Source of the DNA: Euglena gracilis
Lineage: Eukaryota
NCBI GenBank assembly: GCA_039621445.1
Contig: CP154954.1
Span: 49,393,847 to 49,457,846, forward strand
Direction of reading: 5' to 3'
DNA: 64,000 bases
The position numbers and the translations under genes are program-made. Below are positions 37,875 to 50,323 of this stretch, one piece after another; the stretch's first letter is position 1; the number at the start of each line of letters is the position of its first letter. Below the pieces are notes generated by a model. That model made no database searches, had not been told where the DNA came from, and saw only the letters and a program-made list of their open reading frames with translations.

Positions 37875-40085
37875 CATATATATGTATAAACATTATACAT
37901 TTTTTTTTTTACCAAACATAACAGTTAAATGTAGATAGTTACATCAGGGAAGAGCAAAGAAAGCTCATAAATAAAAAAAAACAAAAATTGGAAGGCCTTC
38001 TGAGCAAAAAAAAAAAAGCAGAAAAGGCGACACAATGATACTATTTGTGAGTTGTGGGTTACAGCCCCAGGCTACTAGTTCCACTGGTTACCGGAACCCT
38101 ATAGGGGTCCGGTACCACCGACAAGTTTGCCCGAATATATCCGGATTTGCCATTCTCGCCGTGCGTTTTGATGAAGTTAAAGTTGTTAAATTAACAGGGT
38201 CAGGGTTGTGGACAATTTAGGCCAAATAAAGATAAAATCAAATCAAGGTAAATCCGGCATTTTCGACAGTATTCCACCTAAATTCATGCCCAAACCACCT
38301 AAACCATGCTCCTGATTTCGATCCTATTCTTAACTTAACCATAAGCCATAACCATAATCCATGACCCTGACCTTCGTCCTAAGAACAAACAATTCCAGAA
38401 CAATCTTCCGTTCGACTTGTACGGGCGGGGGATATTTCAACTCTTTCGGCATAGCATGTGTTGCATTCATTATATCAGTGAAGTCTAGGCGAGAACATAT
38501 GACAGAGAAATCAATAAGGCCGCTGAACTGGGAGGGGGGAGTCGGTGCCATCCAGGAAGTGGCCTGACAGTGGGCGAAAAAGACCTTGGGCTTCTGGCGC
38601 TGGAGTGCCCACGGGCACTTCTGGCGATGTGCCCTCCGGGGGGTCGGATCGGGGGGTGAAGGCCTGGCGGGCACCCGCCTAAAAGCTCACCGTGCTAGTG
38701 GCGCAATCCATTTTCTGACTTTGGAAATGCAAAGGTTGTGGTGCAGCTTGAATGACACCTTCAAAAAGGGATTCGGTCAACTGCTCATTACTGACATTTT
38801 TGATCAACAAGAAGCAAGAAGCAATGAGCACAACCGCCCAACCATCATCATCGCTCTGAGCACAGGGGGGGGGGGCAGTTGTATGGTGCTCCCTTATTCA
38901 AGATGAAATGTCTCTGCGGTGACTGATGTTTCCACAACAACGAAACTAGAAGAAATGTTTTTCATAAGAATCTGATCCTCGCAAAGAGACCTATTTTTGA
39001 CAATAAAATAATTTGTATGTAAAATTTTCTAAATAGTAATTTAAATAATTCAATAAAAAATAAACTAAACAAAACTAAACTAAACAAATAATTTAAAAAT
39101 ACCGGTGGTGGGGCAGCGTGGCCCAGGGTAGGCACATCTGGCCGGAGGGACTGCAGGAGAGGCTGTAGGGTCACCCGCAGGGATGGGAGTGGTCCTGTGG
39201 CGTATCATTGCTGGGCGATGTAGTGGACCATGAGCCCATGCACCTGTGGATGGTTTTTCTGGGGGGTGGGGGCAACTGCAGTGCAGCTTGGCAAGTTTGT
39301 TTTTGGGACACAGATAGTGATGAATTTTGCCCCAGAAAACACCGATCGAAAAAATTTAAATACAGGTTTAAGGTTATGGTTCTCATTCTGAAGAAAGAAA
39401 ATAAGGAGGTTACGCCGAAAAAAGGCTTGAATTTAGGCCTAAGTTGGCTAAATTCTAGCTTAAATGTAGGCCTAATGGCCTGAATCCTAACCCTAGCCGT
39501 ATTCCCAACCCTAACTTCCTAACGTCAAACCTCCAGAAGGCATGCCAGAATGCACATTTGTCATGGCCATCTCCAGAAGGGAGCGTTCTTTGGGTCCTCT
39601 TGATAAACACAAGGGGTTCTCAGCGTGCAGGGTCACCAACCTGAAAATTACACCGCCCAGGACGGGAGAGGCGGGGATTTCCTCCCCCCCTGCCTTCCCC
39701 GGCCCCTCCGTTGCTGCAATGATGCCCGGCGGGGGACCCCTAACCCTGGGGGTTGGGGTTCAACGCCTGGGGGACTGCTGGCCGGGATCCCGATCTGCCT
39801 CCTGGGCGGTCTGAATGGTCGAATGTTGAACACTGAAGACTGTCGGGATGGTGTTCGTCCTCCTCCTCCTCTTCCTTGCCCCCAGGGTTCAGAAAAATCT
39901 CCCCCCTCCCCCTCCAGGGCTGTATCTGAAGGCCTGGGGAGGGGGGCGGTCGCCTCCCCCCACCACCCATGGGGTTTGGGGTTCCGTACAGCCCTGCCCC
40001 ACCCCAGCTGCCAGGGCCAGGTGGGTAAGACTTGCCCCCACCCATGAGGGGGAAAGACGAGTCCGCCTGTGGGACCCAGCCCTGG

Positions 40086-42390
40086 CCTGAACCTCCGCCC
40101 GCAGCGCGGCGAGGTCCCCCGTCAGGCGGGCAACGTCGGCGCGCAGCGCGGCGTTCTCGCTGCGGAGCTGCTCGAAGTAGCGGTGCACGAGGAGGGGGCC
40201 GTCCACCCAGAAGTTGGCCAGCTCCGGCCCGGCCTGGGCCAGCCCCGCAGAGAGGAAAGGGAAATGGGATACGGGTGGGGCATGGGGAAAACCTACAAAC
40301 ACAAACTCAAAAAAAAAGCAAACAACTCCTCATGCCAGGTGGAAGATTCTTTCACAGACCTTCAGAGGAGTAAAAAGGCCGTGCATTGGCGGTCTGCTAT
40401 AAGCGCCCCCGTGCTTCTATTGGGGAGTAGGGGGTTATGGGTTCGTGCCAGGTGTGGGTGAGGTTGGCCCCCTGGACCAGTGGGTGACCCCTTCCGAGGG
40501 GATTTTCAAAGATTCTTCCAGTTTTTTGAAGGTCTTTTTGGATGAGCTTTGTTCACAGGTGGATCAATTCACCGGGGGGGGGGGTGCGCTTCTATTTGCA
40601 CCCCACCTGCATTTTTTTGTTGACTTCCTTTGGATAGCCCATCAAAATGAGGGGTGTGCTTGGGGTTGACCGCCTTTGGTTTCAGGGGGGTCTTGTAGCA
40701 GCCCCATGCTTATATCAGGGAGGGGTTATGCGAGAGGGGCAGGGTGGAGGGTGTTGTGAAATGAGGACATTCCTTGTCAGAGGCTGGGGTCCGGGATTGG
40801 AGGCGGGATATGGGTTTAGACTTGGTGTGGGATTTGGATCATCTGTGAGCTGGGAGGGGGTGGTAAGACAGAGGGGTGCTGGGTTCATACCATATCACAG
40901 CCACATATCACAGCACCCCTTTCCCTTGTGTTTTCCTGGGTAACAAGCATTCTGTCCCAAAATTTCGGTGTGATCGGCACCTTTGGAAAATTTCCATACC
41001 AAATGCTACATGGGGGGGGGGGGGATGTTACTGCCCAAACCGCAGCAACTGTTTTATTTTTTAAAAAATGATTGGGTGGGTGAACAACCCTGGGTACAAC
41101 TCCTTTTGTCAAACTCTGGAGCAGCATCAATACTGTAGAGAAAGAGGAAGCCATGCATACGATTCCCAGGCACAAAGGTATGGGCCAGCTCGGGACTGCC
41201 GACGCTGGCATGGCATTTGTGAGGGGCTGTGGAGGACCGGCAGGCGGGCCATTCGGCAGGGAGGCAGGGGCGGGGGGCTGCGGCGATTGCTTTGGGGCTG
41301 CGTCGCTGTCGGCCTGTGACGTGGCGTCCGCGTCCACCTCTGCCTCTCCGGGGGGCGTGTCCGTCGACCCCACTGCCTCCCGCCGGCGAACCACCAGCAA
41401 ACCGACGCAAGCTTTGGAAAGGCTGTGACCACTGCACTAAACCACAGTGTGCTCCCACAGGTGCTCCCACTGGCTAAACCACAACCCACAGTCAGTGGCC
41501 TGTCTGCGTCGTCATTGGCACAACTTGGGAGGTGGCTCCCACCGGCGGTGAGAGGCAGCGATCGCAGTGCCATCCAAGGGGTTGGAGGAGGCGAAGGAGG
41601 AGGTGGAGAGGGGCCGCTCTGGGGTGGGCGTGCTGAGGTCCCCCGGCAACGGGGGTAGGCCCGGCCCATGCCTGTGACAACGCAGAGAACCGGCCAGAAG
41701 AGGTGGGGGAGAACAAAACGCTATCTGTGGCCATGGCCTGGCCGGGGAAGGCTGTGTGGTGGGGATGGTCTGCGGGGTGACTGGCAGGGCGGGCAGGGAG
41801 CGGAATTGCAATGGCACGGGGCTGGGGAACGTCGTGGCCGCGGCGTAGGTCCGTTGGCCCCAGCGCCCAGCGCCCGACGCCAAGGATGGTCTGGCTTGCA
41901 ACTCCGGGGTGGGTGGGCTGAGTGTTGGGCTGGGGTTTCACTGGACTCACCGGCCCGCCCAACGATCAAGTCAGCCGCAATGTCTTGTCAACATCAAAAC
42001 CTCAATCTGCTCGATGAGCACAATTTGTAGATCTGTGCCATGAAGCGCATTGCGCGGAACGGGAAACCAACCACCAGACACACCCAAAACCAAGGTTTAG
42101 CCAGATCACAGGTCCACCATAATTGCAGAACGGAATGAGGGTAGCAAATTGTATTCTCAGCAGACAGAGGGGCGCTGTCCCAAATGCTGGCAGCGCCTGC
42201 GGGGGCTGTGGCGTGACGGGCACCGAGACGAGGGGGACGGGTGGCGGGGTGGACGCGGCGAGAGGCAGCGAGGCCGGCCAGGGGCTGCCCAGCCGGGGCG
42301 GGTGGAAGATGAGGGTCTCCTTCAGGCGGGGCACGTACACCGTCACCGACGTGGGCACAGCCCGCGGGGCGTTGGGGTCGTCGCTGAGGC
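40086..42390 (-). CDS. Multi-exon hypothetical protein, Pro-rich with a coiled coil (may belong to a neighbouring gene)
   Basis: Exon-like blocks ~42390-42195 (VTVYVPRLKETLIFHP), ~41900-41790, ~41640-41500, ~41395-41230, ~40245-40086 (HRYFEQLRSENAALRADVARLTGDLAALRAEVQ). No start codon located. Confidence 0.45.
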
Positions 42391-42474
42391 TTGGGGGGAG
42401 GCAAGGCACAGCCGGGAGACCGAGAACTCCAATTAGCTCCAGCTTGGGGTCGGTGCCTCCCAACCCCTTGCAAC

Positions 42475-43934
42475 CAGGGTTTTTTTTTAAGACCGGGGGG
42501 CCACCCACCCACCCACCCCCTTGGGGGGGGCCCGGGGGGGGGTCTCCGGGCCCCGGGAGGTGCCTCCGGGCCTGGAACAGACCTACCCATGAGTTTGTTC
42601 CCAATTGAGTGGACCTGTCCACTGAGTTGGGAACCACACCTGCTGGGGTCGTGGACTGGAGTAACCGGTGCGTCGTCACGGTGAAGGAGACCCCCCCTAA
42701 CTAAAGTGGAGTATGTGCCTGGCGGGCGCTTGGTGGCCGGCGTCGTAAACAAGGTAAGTCCCGCCAGCCTCCGGCCACCTCCACGTACACAGACAAAATG
42801 AGCCAGAGGCGAACAACAGCGCCAGGCCAGAAGAAGGGATAAAAGGCACCAAAAAACAGCCACAGTGCACACAGGGGGACCACCCACGCCGGCCGTGGGG
42901 CCACGCACTCGCGTGGCATCCTGGGACCCAGGTTGCTGCAGGCATGAGTCGGCCATAAAAATGTAGCAACTGGGCTCAGAGGGGTGTGTCCGACAGCAAA
43001 AGAGGGGCTGCCTCCCCCATAGCCTGAAGAGTCGACCCAGGTTGGGAGGTGCTGGAAACCGATGACCACCCTTGAGGTCTTGGAGCAGTAGACCCCCACA
43101 CAGACCATACAGACAAGAGAGGAAAGAGGAGAGACCTGGGCCGTGTACTAGAGTAGCTGCAGGCACGAGCAGGCCGGAAAAACTGCAGTGAAGGAGGCTC
43201 GGAAGGGCGTGTCCGCCAGCAAAAGAGGGGCTCTCGCGTCCCCTGCCTCCCCATAGCCTGAAGAGTCGAACCAAGTTGGGAGGTGCTGGAAACCGATGAA
43301 CGCCATTTCCTGGGTCGTGGACTAGAGTAGCCGGCTGGGAGCGGTGAAGGAGACCCAGGGGGGTGGACCCGGCAGCTGAAATTAGGTTCGCCTTTGCCCC
43401 CAGGAGGGGGGGTGCCTGACCGGGTTCCAAGTGGGTGTGCTTGTGGGACAGGGCTGCCCCGGGAGGTGCCTCCGGGCCTGGAACAGACCTACCCATGAGT
43501 TTGTTCCCAATTGGGTGGACCTGTCCACTGAGTTGGGAACCACACCTGCTGGGGTCGTGGACTGGAGTAACCGGTGCGTCGTCACGGTGAAGGAGACCCC
43601 CCCTAACTAAAGTGGAGTATGTGCCTGGCGGGCGCTTGGTGGCCGGCGTCGTAAACAAGGTAAGTCCCGCCAGGCTCCGGCCACCTCCACGTACACAGAC
43701 AAAATGAGCCAGAGGCGAACAACAGCGCCAGGCCAGAAGAAGGGATAAAAGGCACCAAAAAACAGCCACAGTGCACACAGGGGGACCAACCCACTTCCCC
43801 CCGAAAAGGCCAAAAATTGCGAAAATGCTAAAAAAGCACCTATTTCAAAAATTAGAAAGTATAACCCACTTGGCCGGACCGACCAACCCTACCTCCCCCT
43901 CCCCCTGGGGGTCCACGACTAAAAAAAACCCCTG
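42475..43934. mobile_element. hAT-like MITE of the 45727 family, interrupted by a nested direct-repeat element
   Basis: Same ends and same GCGAAAATGCTAAAAA core as 45727-46022; TSD CTTGCAAC / CTTGTAAC. Confidence 0.8.
42553..43788. mobile_element. Nested element with ~330-bp near-identical direct repeats (LTR/TRIM-like, or tandem retroposon fragment)
   Basis: 42553-42881 matches 43459-43788. Internal ~75-bp duplication at ~42994-43066 / ~43217-43299. Confidence 0.6.
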
Positions 43935-43967
43935 CTTGTAACATTACAGGAAAAAACAAAAAAAACG

Positions 43968-46900
43968 TCACGAGGTGGACGACCTACGCCGCATGCCACG
44001 CCTCGGCAATACGCGAGGGCGAAGCGGGGCCGCGTGCAGGCCCTCGGCCTGGAGGGGGGCGGAGTACCGGCGGAGTTGCCGCGGGCCGTCCGTCAGCGGG
44101 GCCCAGGGGGAGCGGTCGGCGGGCCAGCCGGGGGTGGGCGGGCCGACGGCGGAGGGCGGCGGGTCCCCCAGCACCGTGAGGGGGGTCAGGGGGGGCGGCA
44201 GCCACCGCTGGGGGACCCGACCGACGCCACAAGGTTGGGGCTGGGGCTGGGGAGACCAATGTCACACACCACCGGGGGAGAGGGGGTGGGCATGGCAGGG
44301 AGAGAGGGGGGCCACTCCCAGCAATGGCTGGCCATTGTGATGGCGTCCACTTGGGGACCAACGGTCGTGAAGGTTGTCTGCAACATGTTTGCGGCCTGGC
44401 GGCTGTCCCCGGCCACTGCAAACCGACGGCGAAGATCATATTTGCATGGAGCAAGGGATCAGGTGGCTGGCAAATTTGGGTTGGCTGGGAAAACGCTGCT
44501 AGCTGACCCCCCCCCTATGTCTTGGGGGTCCCCCAGTAGAAACAGGCCCGACCCGCCCAAAAAAATGCAAAAAATGGCCCCAAATTCGAAGAAATTGAAC
44601 AAATATAGAGTTATGAGGAAAATGTCAGTTTCAAAAAAATGCGAAAATTGCACTTATGACCAAAAAAAAAGCGGAAACTTGGGTAAATCACAAAAAAAAT
44701 CTGCCAAAAAGCAAAAAAGAATGTGCTGTAAAAAACCGAAAAAAATGTGAAAACAATGTGAATAGAGGTGAGCCACATTCGCCCCCCCCCCCGGGCCCTC
44801 CGGCTGTAACGAAGCCCTGCAAGGGATGTGGCAGTGGTGTGGGGGCACTGTGGTGTGATTATGAAGTAACAAGGCTTCGTGCGCCTGTCTGCCAACTGAC
44901 CATGGCCGTGTGGTCCGCCACTGCCTCCCTACAGAGGGGAGGCGCGGCACCGTCCACCTCCGGACAGCGTCCAGGGCGGGTAGGGCGACTGAAAGCCGGG
45001 GAGGGAGGGGGTAATGTACTGCAGGGCCGGACTTCTTTGCCGCTGCGCAAGCGATGGGCTGACACACCAGTCCTGGACGCTGGCGTTGCTTCAACCACCT
45101 CCCCCTACCCATGAACCCGGGCCTTATCCCTGGGGGGGCACACATGGGTCGGCCATTGTTCGTATTCCTCACACTGTTTGGATGAGAGGCTCAGGGAAGC
45201 CCGGGTGTCATATACGGCTGGCCAGCATTTGCTGGGGAGGACACCGCCGGCGGATCGCCTGGGCACCAGGAAATGGCCGGGGTCGGGTCACGGTGCACGA
45301 CAGGGGAGGAGGGACAAAGTTGCGACTCGAAAATTTGGACGGAAAATCGACTCGGAAAGAATGCACGGGACCATCCAAGTACACCCAACCATCGGGGGCC
45401 AAAAGCCATCATTCACATGACGTCATCCCTGATTGTTTGTAAAAATTGCTTGCGTGGTAGTGTGGCCTCCCCTCCGACCCCCCCCCCCTGGCACCGGGCG
45501 AGGCACCAGGGCGGGCAGAGGGGGAGTCATGTACGTCGACTGTGTCGGCCAGCTGGAGAGTGGGGTGGGGACGGGCTGGGCCGAGGGGGCCGAGGGGTAC
45601 TGCAGGCGCATCCCCCAGGCAACGGCGACCCCGGCGGCACTATGCCTGGGGGACCATGGGGGTGAGCGGGCCTGGGAAAAGGTTGCCCGCAGGGGTCTGC
45701 TGCGAACAGGGCGTGGGTGGCAGGGCCAGGGTTTTTTTTTTAAGACCGGGGAGAGGGGGGTACCCCCTGGGGGGGCGGCGCCCCGGGGGGGGGGGGGAGG
45801 GTCCTGGGGGACCCAACCACTTTTCCCCGAAACGGCCAAAAAAAGCGAAAAATGCTAAAAATAGCACCCTTTTCAAAAATTTTCGGCCTTCGGCGCCGAA
45901 AAGCATATCCCACCTCCCAATGGGGGGATCCTCCCCCGGGGGGGGGGAGGGGCTTGGCCGGACCCACCCACCCTATCCCCCCCCTCCCCCTCCCAGGGGT
46001 CCACTACTAAAAAAAACCCCTGGGCGGGGCAGCTGAAATCCCAGGCCGGGGGGGGGATATAATTTGGGGGTTACATTATTTGGGAGGGAAATATTATTTA
46101 GGAGGGGGTTTTGAACATCCTTTGAAAATGAAAAGATCGATATCTTAAACTGCCTCGTTAATATTTAATATTTGTTTCCTTGGTTTGGCTTCTATTTACA
46201 AAGAAAGAACAGCTGAAGGGCAACCAACGTAATTTGTGTTGGAAAAATGCAGTCGGTGCATATGGCAGCCGACGTCGGTCCTGAGGGTATCACTTGGGGG
46301 TTTCCATACACCACATATGCGTATGCTGTATTTATGTATTACACAAATTTACACAAACATCGGTACTTTGGTCAAGCGTTGGCGGCATGTACCAACACCA
46401 ATTTTTTTTCACAGTATACCATGATAATTCACCGCGGGAATCTGACATCTGCAAGTTTCCAAATCGTTCCATTTCGCCTAGGACAAATGAAAAAAAATCA
46501 CACTGACCTTCTTTCTGGCCAATCAGGCCCGCTCCTTCCTAGGAGCGTCGGCCGCGTCTCACCAAAGAAGCCTGAAAACACGCGGTGGAGAAACATTCCG
46601 GACAAAGAAACATTTTCGGGCCACCCATGGGCGACTTTTGGACTTTTGGCTATCGTTTGGCTGTTCTTCTCGGAGTGATGTAAACAGCAGCACATTTGCA
46701 GTGATGGGATATAAAATTTGGGTTTTTTGCCAGGCGATTTGCAACAGCATAGCAAATGCATATCACATGGAACCAACAAAGGTCCATTGGTTGGGTGGTC
46801 AAAAAGTGGTCGCTGGTCAAACAAGCGAAACTGTCCATCTCAGTAACGAGAACGCTTGAATGGGAGCAGATCCAGGGGCACTTCCTCGTGATGATTTGGT

Positions 46901-47072
46901 TGGAAGCCCTGGCAAACCCCGCCCCCTCCCATTCAGGTCTGCCCTTGTTTGCATTGACCTCACAGCTAAACATATGCCCTCCAACCCCCCCCAGAACCGG
47001 GCCACACAGGAAATAATAATCATAATCATAATAATAACAATAATAATAATAATAATAATAATAATCATAATC

Positions 47073-47141
<69 letters not shown>

Positions 47142-47272
47142 GTGATGATGATAACAATAACAATAATAACAATAATAACAATAATAACAACAATAAAAAT
47201 AAGAACAATAATAAGAAGAAAAAGAATAAAAATAATAATAACAACAATAACAATGATAATAATAACAACAAC

Positions 47273-47349
<77 letters not shown>

Positions 47350-47383
47350 TGATGATGATGATGATGATGATAACAATAATGAT

Positions 47384-47431
<48 letters not shown>

Positions 47432-48344
47432 AATAATAATAATAATAGTAATAATAATAATAAACAATAAATAATAATAATAATAATAACAAACAAATAA
47501 TAAGTAAAATAATAATAATAATAACAATAACAATAACAATAATAATAATAAATAATATAATAAATAAGAAATGTTAATGATTCAGTGCGGACTGTCGGAA
47601 GGGGGGTTTGGTTCAACGGGGAATTGGCCGGCTCACTGCCGCGGCCCCCACCGTAGCGGTCGCCACTGTATGGGCTGCGGGCCCGCTTCGGCCGCCCTCG
47701 GTCGGCGGCGCCCCTCCCTGCGTCCTCATCCTGCAGGCATGGGATGGAGCGGGGCCTTCTCCCAGCCCCCACCATGCACATGTCTGGACCAGGGCCCCCA
47801 ACGCACGTGAGGATAAGATTCAAACAAGTGACTGGAAAGCAAAAAAACCTCTCTGGATAATATGCCAAAAAATTAATATGACAAAAATTGGCTTTTACCA
47901 CCGAACAGGTGATATGCAAGGCCACCAGGAAAAATTAGCGGTGTAAAGGCGAAACCCCCAAGTTGCAGCATTTCCAGGGGGTAGGCGGACAACGAGGCAG
48001 ACAAACGTGCTTTGGGGGGTGCGGATGGGACCTCGTACTCGGAGCAATACGGGGCCTCGTCCGCGGCGTTGGCCTCCGTCTCCAAATACCGCTCGTACGC
48101 CTCCTCCAGCGCGTCCCGCCGGATGAGCAGCTCCCTGCGAGGGAGAGAGCACAACCGCCCCGGCCGGACCCGTCTGACGGCGCCCGGAAAATGAAAGCCG
48201 AACTGTGGGGGATTCTGGGTTCAGGAGAGTGGCATATTAAAATGTGAGGGGCATCCCTTTCCATTCCACAGAGGCCCGAATGAAAGGAACAGCGGCCACA
48301 CCGTGATGTATGGAATGAAATGAAAACCAACCTGCCTACCGTCA

Positions 48345-48427
<83 letters not shown>

Positions 48428-48506
48428 TCACTCACTCACTCAGACACACACAAACACACAACACACAACACACAACACACACGCACGCATGCAGTACAAA
48501 CACACG

Positions 48507-48566
<60 letters not shown>

Positions 48567-48731
48567 GTACATACCGGTCAATGGAGAGGATGCGGTTCAG
48601 GAGGGTGGGCCGCTGGAGGACGATGAGGTGGTCGGCGTGGGAGTCGAAGATGTTGTAGTCCAGGCCGGGGGTGGTCAGGGCGAGGAAGGCCTGCTTGAAC
48701 GCCGTGCGGATGTGGTGGATCTCCCGCGACC
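43968..48731 (-). CDS. C-terminal exons of a Trf4/PAPD5-like non-canonical poly(A) polymerase (N-terminal catalytic exons not found)
   Basis: GT-AG-linked exons 48731-48575, 48134-48032 and 47730-~47636 give GSREIHHIRTAFKQAFLALT...PTLLNRILSIDRELLIRRDALEEAY. This resembles the Trf4/PAPD5 segment after the PAP-associated domain. Downstream low-complexity exons (to TGA at 43968) are tentative. Confidence 0.55.
45727..46022. mobile_element. hAT-like MITE (~295 bp)
   Basis: TIRs CAGGGTTTTTTT / AAAAAAACCCCTG; flanking 8-mers GGCAGGGC / GGCGGGGC. Confidence 0.8.
47012..47567. repeat. Compound (AAT)/(GAT)/(AAC) microsatellite
   Basis: Direct reading; it is the source of the poly-I/L/Y ORFs. Confidence 0.95.
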
Positions 48732-50323
48732 CTGCGCAGGACGTTGGGCAGGGGGCCGTTGGTGGTGGTGATCAGGCAGTTGCCCAGCCGCCCTCTCGGG
48801 GGGGGGGAAGGGACAGGGCTTGAGATACATCAGCCAAAACCTCGAACGCCATCAGGGGCACCACAGAAACCCATTCCACAGGCGGCGCGATGGATGGTGT
48901 TCTGGAGGAAAGGCCGGGATCTGGGAGAGGCCCCCCCCCAATCCCTCAATCCCTGTCTCTGTGGTGGTCATGGCGGTATGCCAGCAGACCTCCAGCCAGG
49001 TTCCACACCAGAAGCGTCGAACCCGGTTTCCTTCCTTGTGCAGGGGAATGGACGGCACACGGCGACGCTTAGCAACCCCCCCGGGTTCCAGCTCAAAAGC
49101 TTGAAACAACCTTTTGCTTACAGGCCTGGGGGGGTCACTAGCAGACCGCATAGAGACTTCCCTCCATGGAGGTGGCCCCAGACCCCCCTGACTGGGAAAA
49201 GAGTTCCTCTGGCGCGGCGTACCGAAATGAAAAATGATGGTTTAATGGGCTTGCTTGACTACTTTTGTACCAAAAAAAAATCCAAAAATGGCCAAATGGC
49301 CAAAACTCCAAAAAATGGGCATTCTTGGCAAATTTTTGAGTGTGCAAAAAAATTTGGCGCTTTGTGCCGGTCACTGGAATTGTTTTTAACTGGCTAGCCG
49401 TGCTAGCAGACCCCCTGGGGGGTCCACTAGGATTTCCACCAGCCAAATTTGGACTAGCTGCAGCCCAGCCCCCCCTCCCCGGTACTGCGAATTCCTACTT
49501 AAGGGTCCTGGAAACCTTGAACAGAATTCTGGCTTGAAAATTTGGGCTGGTTGAAAAAAGCTTGCCCCCCCCATCGGGGTCCCGTGGCCAGAACTGGGCC
49601 CGACCCAGGGCCAAACCAGTTACCAAAAAATCGAAACTGCAAAACCCAAAAAAATGCAAAAAAATTGACAATTATAAGAAACGTCAATCTTATTTTACCA
49701 CAGCGTTGACATGGGCAGTTCATTTTCGACCCATTTCCCCCCATTTTTGGCCCAAATAAAAAAATACGTTACCGTCCAGCTGCCCAAAGGGCGGCTGGAA
49801 AGTTGATGCTGGAAAAAAGCTGCTTGCTGGACCCCTGCCACTGCCAGTGCCAGGAGATGGGGTACCACATGACCTGGCGAGACCCCACAGCACCCAGGGT
49901 GCAGCGGCCTGTTTGTTCCCCGCTTCATCGCAGTCCATACAGTGATGTGTACCACCTTGTTGGCGAGCACAACCAGGAAGCGGGTCAGGAGGGCCGTCCA
50001 ATTGGTCAATGGTCTGCCAGGGAAAGGGGTCGGCACTTGCCGCGGCCCATACAGGCCGTACTTGGCTCGCAGCGCATCGTGCAAAGTGTGCTGTGCATTG
50101 CTTGCATGGGTGGATGGATCGGCCGGACGTTGATTGGGCCTGGGGTGACTGCCGTGCCATCCACCTCGGCTACGATCCATTGACCCATCAGGGCTAAGCG
50201 GGTTACAGAGAGTGGCAGAGAAAAGGGGTGAGGGAGGGGCTGAGGTCACGGAGAGGGAAACGGAAGGGAAAGGGCAGGGCACGAGGAAAGGGGAGTGCGG
50301 AAGAGCATCAGAGGTCTGGGCGG

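Noticed and set aside
41994-43778. 594-aa ORF with an internal duplication
   Set aside because: Arises from the nested direct-repeat element plus the MITE; no RT, integrase or gag motifs seen.
46650-47925. Poly-Y/I/L/M ORFs
   Set aside because: Translations of a trinucleotide microsatellite.
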